This document shows positions 39,153 through 50,695 of a stretch of 64,000 bases of DNA, piece by piece. The position numbers and the translations under genes are program-made. How positions within the stretch are numbered: the stretch's first letter is position 1; each line of letters opens with the position of its first letter. Where the stretch lies: positions 37,138,001 to 37,202,000 of the forward strand of contig OX597824.1 of the NCBI GenBank assembly GCA_951406725.2. Direction: 5' to 3'. The notes below the pieces were generated by a model. The model was not told the origin of the DNA, searched no databases, and saw only the letters and a list, made by a program, of their open reading frames with translations. The stretch comes from Octopus vulgaris (lineage: Eukaryota).

Positions 39153-39385
39153 TCGCTAGCCTCTGCACGCATATTTTTTTTCTCTCCTTCTTTCTGTGTT
39201 TTTTCTCTGTGTATCTTTCTGTTGAAGAGCGTAGGCTCGAAACGTTAAAGACTTGTTTTATTTATATTTCCTGAGCGCCATACTAATACAATTGTTTGTT
39301 TGTATTCCACCTGCCTTCGTCTTTTGTTTATTTCCGTAAACCTGCCTTCGTCTTTTGTCTATTTTCATAAAGCTTCCCGTTATAA
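39153..39385 (+). mobile_element. Short Penelope-like remnant between (TA)n and (CA)n
   Basis: Hammerhead-like motif, T-rich tail with a local duplication CCTGCCTTCGTCTTTTGT, microsatellite flanks. Confidence 0.5.
39214..39251 (+). ncRNA. Minimal hammerhead-like motif (variant core)
   Basis: TCTTT-CTGTTGA-A-GAGC(GTAG)GCTC-GAAAC-GTT-AAAGA. Stems I and II are perfect. The core has A6->U. Loopless AACGTT stem III. Confidence 0.55.
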
Positions 39386-39418
39386 ATATACACACACACA
39401 CACACACACACATATATA

Positions 39419-40840
39419 CTAGCTTAAAAGCCGCCCTATCAGGTGGCTTTTAAGCTAGTATATAGCTTTTAAGCAACTGACCCCGAATGGGAAGATCTAC
39501 AAACAGATCTCTGACTTGTTTTGGAGTATTTGTTGCAATTGCTTCTTCCAGAGTCATATCCCAATAATGATCATATTCATCGTAAAAAATCATGTAAAAA
39601 AAATTGCTAAAAACAATTGCAGTAATGGAAACATAGGAATCCAAAATTTCAGGATTGCAGATCTGGATTTGGCCTGGAATGTTTTTAATTTACTTATGGA
39701 TTATAAAAATTGTTACTGTACAAAAATATTTGTTGCAAAAAGTCATGTAAAAAAATCACTGAAAACAATCACAGTAATGAAAAATTGGGAATCCAAAATT
39801 TCAGGATTGTGAGTCTGGATTCGGGCCAGAATGTTTTTAACTTACTCATGGAGTCATCCTGATTCCAAAATGGTATATATTGCACTACAGCCCCTAGGAG
39901 TAAAATTGAAAAAGTGTGACACACTGACCTTCACATTTATTATATTATATTATATTGTTATATTAAGGCAGTGAGCTGGCAGAATTGTTAGCATGCCAGG
40001 TGAAATGCTAAGCAGTATTTCATCTGCTGGCAGAAACGTTAGCATGCTGGGCGAAATGCTAAGCGGTATTTTGTCTGCCATTACGTTCTGAGTTCAAATT
40101 CCACCGAGGTTGACTTTGCCTTTCATCCTTTCTGGGTTGATAAATTAAGTACCAGCTATGCACTGGGGTCGATGTAATCGACTTAATCCGTCTGTCTGTC
40201 CTTGTTTGTCTCCTCTGTGTTTAGCTCCTTGTGGGCAGTAAAGAAATAGGTATTTCATCTGCTATTAGGTTTGGAGCTCGAATTCCACAGAGGTTGACTT
40301 TGTCTTTCATCCTTTTGGAGTTGATAAAATTAGTACCAGTTACATACTGGGGGATCGATGTAATAGACTTAATCCCTTCCCCCCAAATCTGAGGCCTTGT
40401 GCTTCCAGTAGAAAGGATTTATTAAAAGTAGAAAAAGTGTGACACACTGACATTCACATTTATCATATTAGATATGTTTAATTTTGGGGAAACTTTATTT
40501 CAATTAAAGTGTAATTTATATGTGTGTGTATATATGTATTAAAGAAAGCAAGAATAAAACAAAAATGATAGTATTCAGTCTGTTGGCAACGGGAGTTTCT
40601 GTCAAAGAGACATGGCCAAACCAAGTTGTACATCATCTCCCTCTTTCTCTCACATATCCACTCTTTTATTATTACTCCCACTGCCACTCTCTCTGCCTGT
40701 CTTCACCACCGCCCTCACCTTCTCTCTGCCTACTATCATGAGGAATAGTAGAAGTGTTATTGAATAGAGAGAGAGAGGGGCTCTAAATGTGACACACTGA
40801 CAGACAAAAATTAGTTTTCACATTTATTTATTATATTAGA
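39419..40840 (-). mobile_element. Non-autonomous Helitron with nested SINEs
   Basis: Minus strand starts A|TCTAATATAATAAA at 40840 and ends in a hairpin plus CTAG|T at 39419. Internal ~190-bp duplication (39520-39860). Family B SINEs at 39966-40420. Confidence 0.6.
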
Positions 40841-42227
40841 TATATACACACACTGTGTATATATATAAAAAAAACACCCACTACATTCCTGGTGTGGTTG
40901 GCACTAGGAAGGGTGTCCAGTTGTAGAAACCATGCCAAATCAGATTGGAATCTGGTGCAGCTCCCCAGGCTACCAGTTTTTAGTCAAACCATCCAATCCA
41001 TGCCAACATTGAAAACAGACATTAAATGATGTGCATGCATGTGTGCACAACTGCACCCCACCCATCATACAATTCCCTTCTCAAGGCATCTCCACCACCC
41101 AACGTTTTTCTAACTGCAGTATTCTGCTGCTGTAATTAAATGAATAGAGCTGCATGCTTCTGTTTTCTCCTGGCACCACTTAAACTCTCTTACCATATGG
41201 AATCATTTCACTTACCACCCATCTTTCATTCTTAATACCATCTTTCTCCACTCACATTTTATATTCATCACCCTCCTGAGCCACCAAATTTTCTCCTCCA
41301 CCACCATACGTCCCTCCTCTCATTCACCACATCAGTAAATTCTCAATTGAACCTCAATGATACCTACGATGATGATGACAGCTTCTGTAACACAGCCTTT
41401 TTTGTGATGAGCGAGAGTGCAGTTTGACAGTCAATTAACATACAAGGCTGGCTCCAGTGCCGGTGGCACATAAAAAGACCATCCGAACGTTGCCAGCGCC
41501 GCGTTGGCTGGCTTCCGTGCCGCTGGCATGTTAAATGCTCCAACCGATCATGACCGATGCCGGACCCCCCCTGGCACCTGTGCAGGTGGCACGTAAAAAG
41601 CACCCACTACACTCACGGAGTGGTTGGTGTTAGGAAGGGCATCCAGCCGTAGAAACTCTGCCAGATCAGACTAGAGCCTGGAGCAGCCCCTGGCTTCCCA
41701 GACCCCGGTCGAACCGTCCAACCCGTGCTAGCGCGGAAAACGGACGTTAAACGATGATGATGATGATGAGGTAGAAGATACTAATTCGGTTGAAAAAGTT
41801 GGATGGTCAGTGTCGACAGCCAACTCCAAATGAGAAGATAGCTGTAGAAACAAAATAGCGAGTGGGAGAGTGATGAGGTCAGCAACCTTATTTCTGCCTG
41901 TAACTGAAGTTGGTGAAGAAGAGTTAAGAGATGAGATGAACAAAGCTATCTTTTCCATTACGCAACGAGTTTAAAATTTCATCGTGGTCGATCGACCTGC
42001 TAGAAGTAACAGACAAATCAATTCTTGTATGTGAGAAAAGTCACCAACATTAGGGAAGGATATATTAGTTAGTATATTTCTAGACGTTTCTAAGGTGGCG
42101 AACTGACATAATCGTTAGCACACCGGATACAATGCTTAGTGGCATTTCGTCTGTTCAAATTCCACCAAATTCATTTTGCGTTCTCATCTTTTCGGGGTCC
42201 CCTTCCCCACAAATTTCAGAACTTGTG

Positions 42228-42638
42228 GGAACTTTTCAGTTTGACCGGCAGTTTTTTAAAATAATTTGCACGTAACTAAACACTTTTAAACTTCGTATAC
42301 TGGTAGAATGTGTTTATAAAACATCTTTTTCTCTTGGCTTTATTGAGAAAATTCTATGGTTTGTAAGATATTTGTTGTTTTTTTTCTTCAATTTCTGCAA
42401 TTTGAACCAATCAATGACGTCTATTGAGGTGAAAACATTCTGTGCCGTATGAATATGTCCCTCGTTTAAGAAACAGATTGGGTTTATTTACATTTGTGAA
42501 GAAAAAAAGAGACCCTTCCCCCACCCCTAACCCCCAAAACAGATTGAAATGCAATAGATCGATACCAGGGTCATAATTATGGGTGACAATTTCATATGAC
42601 ACCGCTAGAAAAAACTGCCGTTCAAACCGAAAAGATCC
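42228..42638 (-). mobile_element. Merlin-like MITE, copy 2 (inverted relative to copy 1)
   Basis: Reverse complement of 32918-33325. Perfect 8-bp TSD AACTTGTG. Confidence 0.8.
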
Positions 42639-42929
42639 AACTTGTGTCTATAGCAGAAAAGATATTTCTTGAGTTCCTTTCAAAGGACAGCATAGACTAG
42701 AGAGGAATCACAGATATGCTCGATCAGGGTTAACCTGGCACTAAATAATAACGCGTAAAAGATGTGATAACTCCAATGAGGGACTTTTAAAAAAATACGT
42801 ATCTAAGAATTATTTTTTCTTATTATTCTTTCAGTTCAAATTGCATCTTAAAGACATATGTTTCGACAAAAAAATTAATATTGTATTTTTTTTTATCAAC
42901 TGTAATTAAAAACAATTATAAACAGCTGA

Positions 42930-43023
42930 TTCTCCTTCCTCCGAAAATACGGCTATGTAAATTTTAACAGAAATTTGTCAAAAGCATCTTTAAACGATTC
43001 CGTGTTAGTAACACGTGTTGGAG
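42930..43023 (+). promoter_or_regulatory. Probable ESF1 non-coding first exon
   Basis: Perfect donor GAG|gtaagt at 43024 in CpG-retaining unique sequence. The ATG exon starts with an acceptor (ttttcag ending 46728), so an upstream exon is needed. The 5' boundary is a guess. Confidence 0.55.
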
Positions 43024-43276
43024 GTAAGTCAATCACACTGTCCTTTATTTCTTGACTAATTCACTTTTATTAACGGTTGTAATTTACTTTAATTGTGAAA
43101 TTATGAACTTGCTGACAGGTTACATTGATGTTGTGATAATTGTCATGAAAATATAACTATATTAATGTTTACCAGTCTCCACAGATTGAAGCTTCACCCT
43201 GTATGGATGTGGAGTTTTGTTATCGAAATAATTTTTACTTTTTGTTTTACCATTGATTAGATATTTAATGAGCATT

Positions 43277-43631
43277 TGGCGATCTTTCGTTTGTAGTAGC
43301 ACGTTTCCGTCGATGATTTCCGTAAAAAACTTTTATTTTTTTACATATGGGCTTGCGGGAACATTTGAAGTAATGAGAGCGAAAGAGACTAAGAGGAAGC
43401 GATTTTATGACGAGGGAATTTGTTTTGAAGTTACCGAAGCATTGATGTACATGTGTGTGTGTGTGTGTGTGTTTGATGGGGTGTGGGAGACAGACAGTAT
43501 GTTGTGTAAGTGAAGTGCTTCTGTTAGTGTGTGTGAAAGAGAGAGATAACTGAAATTTTTTACTCGGTGTATGTGTATATGTATGTATGCATGTATGTGT
43601 GTGTATGTATCTATGTATGTGTGTGTATGTC

Positions 43632-43665
<34 letters not shown>

Positions 43666-44388
43666 GCCGATTCAGTGTAATTTTTTACTCGGTGTATGTG
43701 TATATGTATGTCTGAATATATGTGTGTGTGTGTAAGTATGTGTGTATGTATGGCCGATTCAGTGTAATTTTTTACTCGGTGTATGTGTATATGTATGTCT
43801 GCATGTATGTCTGTGTGTGTATGTATCTATGTATGTGTGTGTGTGTAAGTATGTATGTATGTATGGCCGATTCAGTGTACACTGAATCGGCCATACATAC
43901 ATACACACATACACACACACATACTTACACACACAGACATACATATACACATACACCGAGTAAATAATTACACTGAATTGGCCATACATACATACACACA
44001 CATACATACACACACACACATACATAGATACATACACACATACATACACACACATACATGCATGCATACATACATATACACCGAGTAAAAAATTTCAGTT
44101 ATCTCTCTCTTTCACACATTACTCTCTCTGTCTCTTCACACACACTAACAGAAGCACTTCACATACACAACATACTGTCTGTCTCCCACACCCCATCAAA
44201 CACACACACACATGTACATCAATGCTTCGGTAACTTCAAAACAAATTTCCTCGTCATAAAATCGCTTCCTCTTAGTCTCTTTCGCTCTCATTACTTCAAA
44301 TGTTCCCGCAAGCTCATATGTAAAAAAATAATAAATTTTTTACGGAAATCATCGACGGAAACGTGCTACTACAAACGAAAGATCGCCA
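43277..44388. mobile_element. Spacerless palindromic (foldback) DNA transposon derivative
   Basis: Ends TGGCGATCTTTCGTTTGTAGTAGCACG / CGTGCTACTACAAACGAAAGATCGCCA. Centre CAGTGT|ACACTG at 43878/43879. Flanking duplication AGCATT. Confidence 0.85.
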
Positions 44389-45039
44389 AGCATTTGTTTA
44401 TGTGTGTAAATATTAGTTACAATATTAAATGGATGTATTTATGAATTCGGGTGAAATTGCCATGTGGAAGATGATAGTGAAGAAATTAGGAATTAGAAAA
44501 CGGATTTTATAAATATTGGAAGGATATTTTGAAACCTACTGCCAATATTCTCAATTGGCACCACCATTTATTCAATACCTACGGTCTTGTAAGGTGGTGA
44601 GCAAAGAGAATCGTTAGCACGCCGGATAGAATATTCAGTGGTATTTCGTCCGTCCTTACATTCTCAGTTAAAATTCCACTGAGGTCCACTTTGCCTTTCA
44701 TCCTTTCGGGGTCGATAAAATAAGTTTCCTCTTGAATCACATTACAATCCAGTATATAGTCTCAGTTGTATATTAGTTCAAAATACATATTAAAATTGAA
44801 AATTATGGAAATAGTTGCAAAGTTATCGTTTAACAAAACAGGAAATAATACCCAAAAATTCCCAGTTTCATTATACAGATATGTGTTTAGAAAAAGGTGG
44901 TGCAAGAAGTACGAACCCCATTCTATCTTCAGTTTTTCATCCGTTAACCCCTAGATATAACTTAACCCAGTTCTATGTACAACAAAATATCCAGCTTTTG
45001 TCAATAAAATAAAATTTAAACACTTATTACAACCATTCC

Positions 45040-45630
45040 TTAGGTCTCACCGAGGAAATGACTAGAGACCGAGACCTTTGGAAGTATGCTGTGCGTGAGA
45101 AGACCCGGCAGGACAAGTGAGACCATCACCCGTGGCCTCTACATGGGATGTAGCCAGTCCACTTATGCATACCTTTCCTTCTTGGGACACAAAACTCTAC
45201 TTGTGAAGACCTGTTGAGGCAAGTGAAAATCGAAAACGATCAACATCAATGGAAATTGCAGCTGTGATACCAGTGCCGGTAGTACGTAAGAGAACCATCC
45301 AAACGTGGCCGTTGCCAGCACTGCCCCGACTGGCCTCGTGCCAGTGGCACGTAAAAAGCACCATCCGATCGTGGCCGTTGCCAGCCTCGCCTGGCCCCCG
45401 TGCCGGTGGCATGTAAAAAGCACCATCCGATCGTGGCCGTTTGCCAGCCTCGTCTGGCACGTAAAAAGCACCCACTACACTCACGGAGTGGTTGGCGTTA
45501 GGAAGGGCATCCAGCCGTAGAAACATTGCCAGATCAGACTGGGCCTGGTGCAGCCTTCTGGCTTCCCAGACCCCAGTTGAACCGCCCAACCCATGCTAGC
45601 ATGGAGAGCGGACACTAAACGATGATGATG
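45040..45630 (+). mobile_element. 5'-truncated RTE-clade LINE (ORF end + 3' UTR with internal tandem repeats + (GAT)n tail)
   Basis: 45040-45120 encodes LGLTEEMTRDRDLWKYAVREKTRQDK*. The same 3' UTR recurs at about 15793, 19463, 20522(-), 23958(-), 26120-26598, 32280, 37150(-), 40870, 41445-41768, 47505, 48105-48420, 52395-52718, 54685, 54965-55325(-), 56820, 57835-58200(-) and 61040. Confidence 0.82.
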
Positions 45631-46435
45631 ACTCCTCATCCCTGTATCACTTTAAAATATATTTTGTATCGCTTAAACTGAATAATGTTTATACTTTGTT
45701 TTGGTTCCACATCTAAATCATTCTACAAATGCACCCCATTGATTGGAATATGCATATTCTTTGCTGTAGAATGAACACAGATTTCTTTAGGTTAAAATTT
45801 CCTCTTAAATTACAATCTCACATTCACATCAAAGAACATTTTGAACTAAGGGCATGTTTCTAGACACTCTACATTGTTAACCAACCTTCTGTAGTGTGCA
45901 GAATGGCTGACTAACTTTGCTTTGTATTTCCCAAACAGTTGATTGTCCTAAACTCATGAAAGTTATGTTGATTGTTCAAGAAGTGTTACAAGTCAAAATT
46001 AAACTATAATTAAACTAGTCAGTTGATAAAAGCATTGAAAATATGATTTGGTAGAATTATTTAATTAGGAAAAAAAAAAGATTTAATAAGATTTGAGGTT
46101 ATTTTGATTTGTTTATGACTAATTTGCAGCAATATTATTTTTAAATACTTTTAGGTTGTTTAAATTTGAACTTGAAAAAGTGTAGTTGGGTCTGCAAATG
46201 TCTTGGATACAGCCTCCTAATAAAACTGTAAAAATACTTTAAAATATAAATTGAACATTGGACAAGTGTATGCTCATACCTCTCTAATGTGCATTGACAA
46301 ATTATTGTTCTGTGGGCTAACTTTAATTATTTGAATTTATTTTTATCAAAAAATATAACTTGAAGATTTTAGAAGCAGGGAACAAAAAATTTCTCTTAAA
46401 AGAACTATTTTTAGTTCCATGTTTACCAGTCTCCA

Positions 46436-46662
46436 TCTGTGTGTTTATGAGCGAAACACCTAAGCTCCAAGCGGCTCTGGCAGAAGGTAATGGCAAACTT
46501 CTGACTCTTTCGCCACAACTTTCTCTCACTCTTTCCTCCTACATCTTGCAGCTCACCTGCGACGGATCGGCGTCTCGTCCAGGTGGGGAACCTATACACC
46601 AAGGAAACCAGCCCTTATGAGCCAGGCATGGCAGGAGAAGGAACAAACAAAACAAACAAACA
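46436..46662 (+). mobile_element. 5'-truncated SINE (family E-related) with (AAAC)n tail
   Basis: 8-bp TSD AGTCTCCA at 46428-46435 and 46663-46670. Confidence 0.8.
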
Positions 46663-46746
46663 AGTCTCCACAGATTGAAGCTTTTACTAAAAAAAAAAAA
46701 CTAAATCTATTGTTTACTTTCTTTTCAGAATCAACATCAACGAAAC

Positions 46747-47212
46747 ATGGCAGATGAACGGTTCTCTCATATTTCTAAGGATCCTCGCTTTCGAGCTGTT
46801 CCAGTGAAAGAGAGGAAAGTTAAAATAGATCAACGTTTCCAGACTATGTTTAAAGATGAACGCTTTAACTATAAATATAGACTTGACAAGCGTGGTCGCC
46901 CATTCCGCAGCAGTACCAGTGAGAATCTTCGACGTTACTACGATCTGTCAGACGACTCGACTGATGAATCTGATGAAGATGAAACACTTCCGGATAATAC
47001 TAAGGTAAAACAGAAAATATCAAAGCAGAAAAATGAAGTTGCTGCCAACAAGTTAAAATCTAAAAAGGGTATTCCAGATAATTCTGAAGTCTTGGAAAAA
47101 ATGAAGAACAGTAATTTGAATGATAAACAAAAGTCACCAGTTCTTGTCGAAAGTGAAAAGGAAAGGAAATCTTCTCATTTAAAAGAACCAAGTAAAAAGG
47201 ACATTAAAGAAG
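46747..47212 (+). CDS. ESF1: ESF1 coding exon 1 (start codon)
   Basis: MADERFSHISKDPRFR...KVKIDQRFQTMFKDERF..Y.LDKRGRP...ENLRRYYDL is the ESF1 N-terminal signature. Donor G|gtaatt. Confidence 0.95.
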
Positions 47213-48862
47213 GTAATTAATATAAATGTTAATTACAGTTTTAACTAACAGCAAAAGTAGAAGGGAAACTTTGTTGGTTCAAGAGTATTGTGAGGGAGAG
47301 AGAGAGAGAGTAGTGTGTGTTATGTACTGCTGTGTCAAAGAATGTGAGTATTCATTGTTTTGTTTTTCTTGAAGAATAAAGATTTATTGTGGGAATTGGA
47401 AATCCATTCCCTCCATACCACACACAAATTCAACATTTCTAAACCCATCGCCTTTAAATATAACATCCGTTTCTTTATTAATTTGAGGATTTGATGCATT
47501 AAGACGGGCATCGAGCTGTAGAAATATTGCCAAATCAGATTGGAGCCTGGTGCGGCCTCCTGACTTGCCAGTCCCCAGTCAAGCCGTCACCCTTTCTTTC
47601 CTATAATTCTGTTTCTCTTCCCACCAAAAAGTAGAGTAGAAAGAAACAAATCAACATAGACAATATAAGGAGGAAGGGACTCTCTTGGGTTTTATTGAGA
47701 GTGAAGCCACTTATCTGGTGTCAATGTATGAATACATGTCGCTTAGCGAGGATTTTGTTGTTGTTGAGCTGGGACAAAGCGTACTAGGAGAAAATATAGC
47801 CAGTGTGATCTGTAAAGTTGTTGGTGATAGGAAGGGCAACAAGGCATAGAAGCCATGCCAAGACATGTTATGAATGAATTTGATGTGGTCCCTGATCCAT
47901 CAAGTGGACAGTGACTTCATAATACTAAATCTATGACAACTCATCCATCCCATGCCAGCATGGAAAAAGCAATGTAAAATAATGATGTACAAAATTTTCT
48001 GGATGTGTTCCTAGAAATTGTTCTGTTGCTCAGTGAGGAATGAAGTAGGTAGGGACCTCATCTCTGCAATGCTACTGAATCTGTTTAGTTTCCCTACATT
48101 GTGCTGGTGGCACGCAATAAGCACCATTCATGCATAGGTCGTTGCCAGTGCCGCTTGACTGGCTCCCTGTGCCGGTGGCATGTAAAAAGCACCATCCGAA
48201 CATGGTCAATGCCAGTACCGATAACTGACTCTCGTGTGCCAGTGGCATGTAAAATGCACCCACTACACTCTCGAAATGGTTGGCGTTAAGAAGGGCATCC
48301 AGCTGTAGAAACATTACCAGATCAGATTGGAGCCTGGTGTGGCCTCCTGACTTGCCAGTCCCCAGTCAAACCGCTCAATCCATGCCAGCATGGAAAACGG
48401 ACGTTAAACGATGATGATGATTGTGATGACAAAATAATAAAGGAAGGCCTCTAATCAGTTGTATGTCTTATAGAAAATATAGTCATCAGACTTAGCTTTT
48501 TAAAAACTTATATTAAAAGTCAGTAATTAGAAAACAAGAGAGTCATTGTTGATAGAAAATAGTCTATTCATGATTATTAACTTTGAAGATGATGCTGCAT
48601 CCTCCATTATGTGTCCTGAAATTGAAGACTTATCCAAACAGTCTAACGTCAAATCATTGTAAATATCTCTAGTGACATGTTGGCATTTATTTCACTTCAT
48701 TATTATCAATCAATAAAACATTAACAAATTGTGTTGCCATTTATATCAATTACATTTATTTTCCATTTTTTTCTATGAAAGACTTAAATTTATTCTTTTT
48801 TAATTCAAATTTAAGAAATGTATTTTATAATTTAAAACACTTTTTGCATGTATTTTTCACAG

Positions 48863-49006
48863 AAAGTGACGATGATGATGATGCTGACCATGGTGATGAG
48901 GATGACAGTGATGATGCGGAGGAAGATGATGCTGACCATGATGATGAAGATGACAGTGATGATGCTGAGGAAGATGATGATGATGATGATGACCAGGATG
49001 AATCAG
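48863..49006 (+). CDS. ESF1: ESF1 coding exon 2 (acidic repeat, GC donor)
   Basis: ttttcacag acceptor. D/E-rich, 144 nt, phase 1-1. The donor is CAG|gcatgt (GC-AG intron). Confidence 0.72.
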
Positions 49007-50487
49007 GCATGTTTTTCTTTTCTTTTATTTTCCAACTTTTTTTTTTATGTCACAGTGGTTTATATTTTGATTTTCTAAGTAAGGTTAGTTCTCATATCCG
49101 TTCCAAAGGATTAGCTAACCCTGGTTAATAAATGGACACAAAATTATGGTAAGGACGGAATCTATAGTAGTAGAAAAAGTGGGTTTCAGTGAGAATTTTG
49201 TTCAGACACTTGAAATACAGTTGGTCAGACCACAGTCTACTGGTGTGGCTACAATGTTGTAAGTGAAAATATTTGACTTGCTGCATGTTTTGTATGTAAG
49301 TAAAAGTATATTGTCTAAAAGTAATATAGTGCATATTTGGGTTTTTTTGGGTTTTTTTTACTTGTTTCAGTCATTTGACTGTGGCCATGCTGGAGCACCA
49401 CCTTTAGTCGAGCAAATTGACCTCAGGACTTATTCTTTGTAAGCCTAGTGCTTATTCTATCGGTCTCTTTTGCCAAACCGCTATGTTACGGGGACATAAA
49501 CACACCAGTATCGGTTGTCAAGCGATGTTGGGGGGACAAACACACATAAACGTATACACACACACATATATATACAATGGGCTTCTTTCAGTTTCCGTCT
49601 ACCAAATCCACTCACAAGGCTTTGGTTGGCCCGAGGCTATAGTAAAAGACATTTGCCCAAAGTGCCACACAGTGGGACTGAACCCAGGACCATGTGGTTG
49701 GTAAGCAAGCTACTTACCACACAGCCACTCCTGCGCCAAAGTATTTATTAAAGTATTTATATCTTCTCTCTTCTAGTCGCACTATTTGCACAGATTCCTA
49801 CAACTCTCTGTTGCCACCCAATTCTACTATTCGTATTTGAATTGAGAGCTTGAGTCATGAATCTTTCGTTAGCTGATTACACAACCATGGACATCACCTC
49901 TGTGGATGCATTGCAGTTACTCTCTTGAGAGATCTTGGTGATCCTGACTGTTGACCTAGGATTCCTCTGCTTAGCTTCAATGTAAGAAGCACCATTGACT
50001 CAGTTGAGCTCTTACACTACCTCTTCACAATCCGCCATGCTGCAGTCTCATAAGTTCATCATGTCCCTGGCAGGGTAGCTGAACAGGTGCTATACCTTGC
50101 CAAAGGGCAACTCATAACTATGCAGGGCAAAGTCCTCACTCCATGAGTACCTGCATACCCAAGTTTGTATCTATTTAAAGCTTAAGTTGCATCATTTTAC
50201 CCAGTTGAATGTTGCCTCATGTCTCATGGTTACTTCAGTCTATTGCAAACATAGAGATAAGAGTTCAACCAGAGGTTTATCATCACCCAGTATATCATGA
50301 CTCTAACCATAGGTCACTGATTTGAAGCTTTGTAACAGATTGTAACTGAAGGTCAGTGTTACAGCCTCACACTTATTTTGGAAATGCATTGATTTTTTTT
50401 AAATTTTATTTTTTACTATTTCATTTGCATTTAATTTATATTTTTATGCTTATATTTTATGAATTTTATTTTCTCCATTTTATTTAG

Positions 50488-50571
50488 GTTTAGAAAATGG
50501 TCAAGATTTGGCTCGAGGCATCGGTAATGAAAGTAGCTCATCAGATGATTCTGATTTTGACTCACTAGATG
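50488..50571 (+). CDS. ESF1: ESF1 coding exon 3
   Basis: GLENGQDLARGIGNESSSSDD (ESF1 DLARGxGN motif). atttag / gttagt sites. Confidence 0.88.
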
Positions 50572-50695
50572 GTTAGTAAGTTCTTTTGTATTTATTATTT
50601 TTGTGGTGGTGATGGGGTCTCAGTAGTTGCTAATTTTCCAAGATATTTTATCTGGGTTCTTATTATGTTCTATGCATAGAATATTGCATGGTAGT

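Noticed and set aside
43722-44444. ORFs rich in C/V/Y/M and H/T
   Set aside because: They are translations of TG/CA microsatellites inside the palindrome.
50576-50581. Stronger-looking GTAAGT donor 4 nt downstream of the ESF1 exon 3 donor
   Set aside because: It would shift the frame relative to the phase-1 acceptor at 51622, so it is not used in the model.
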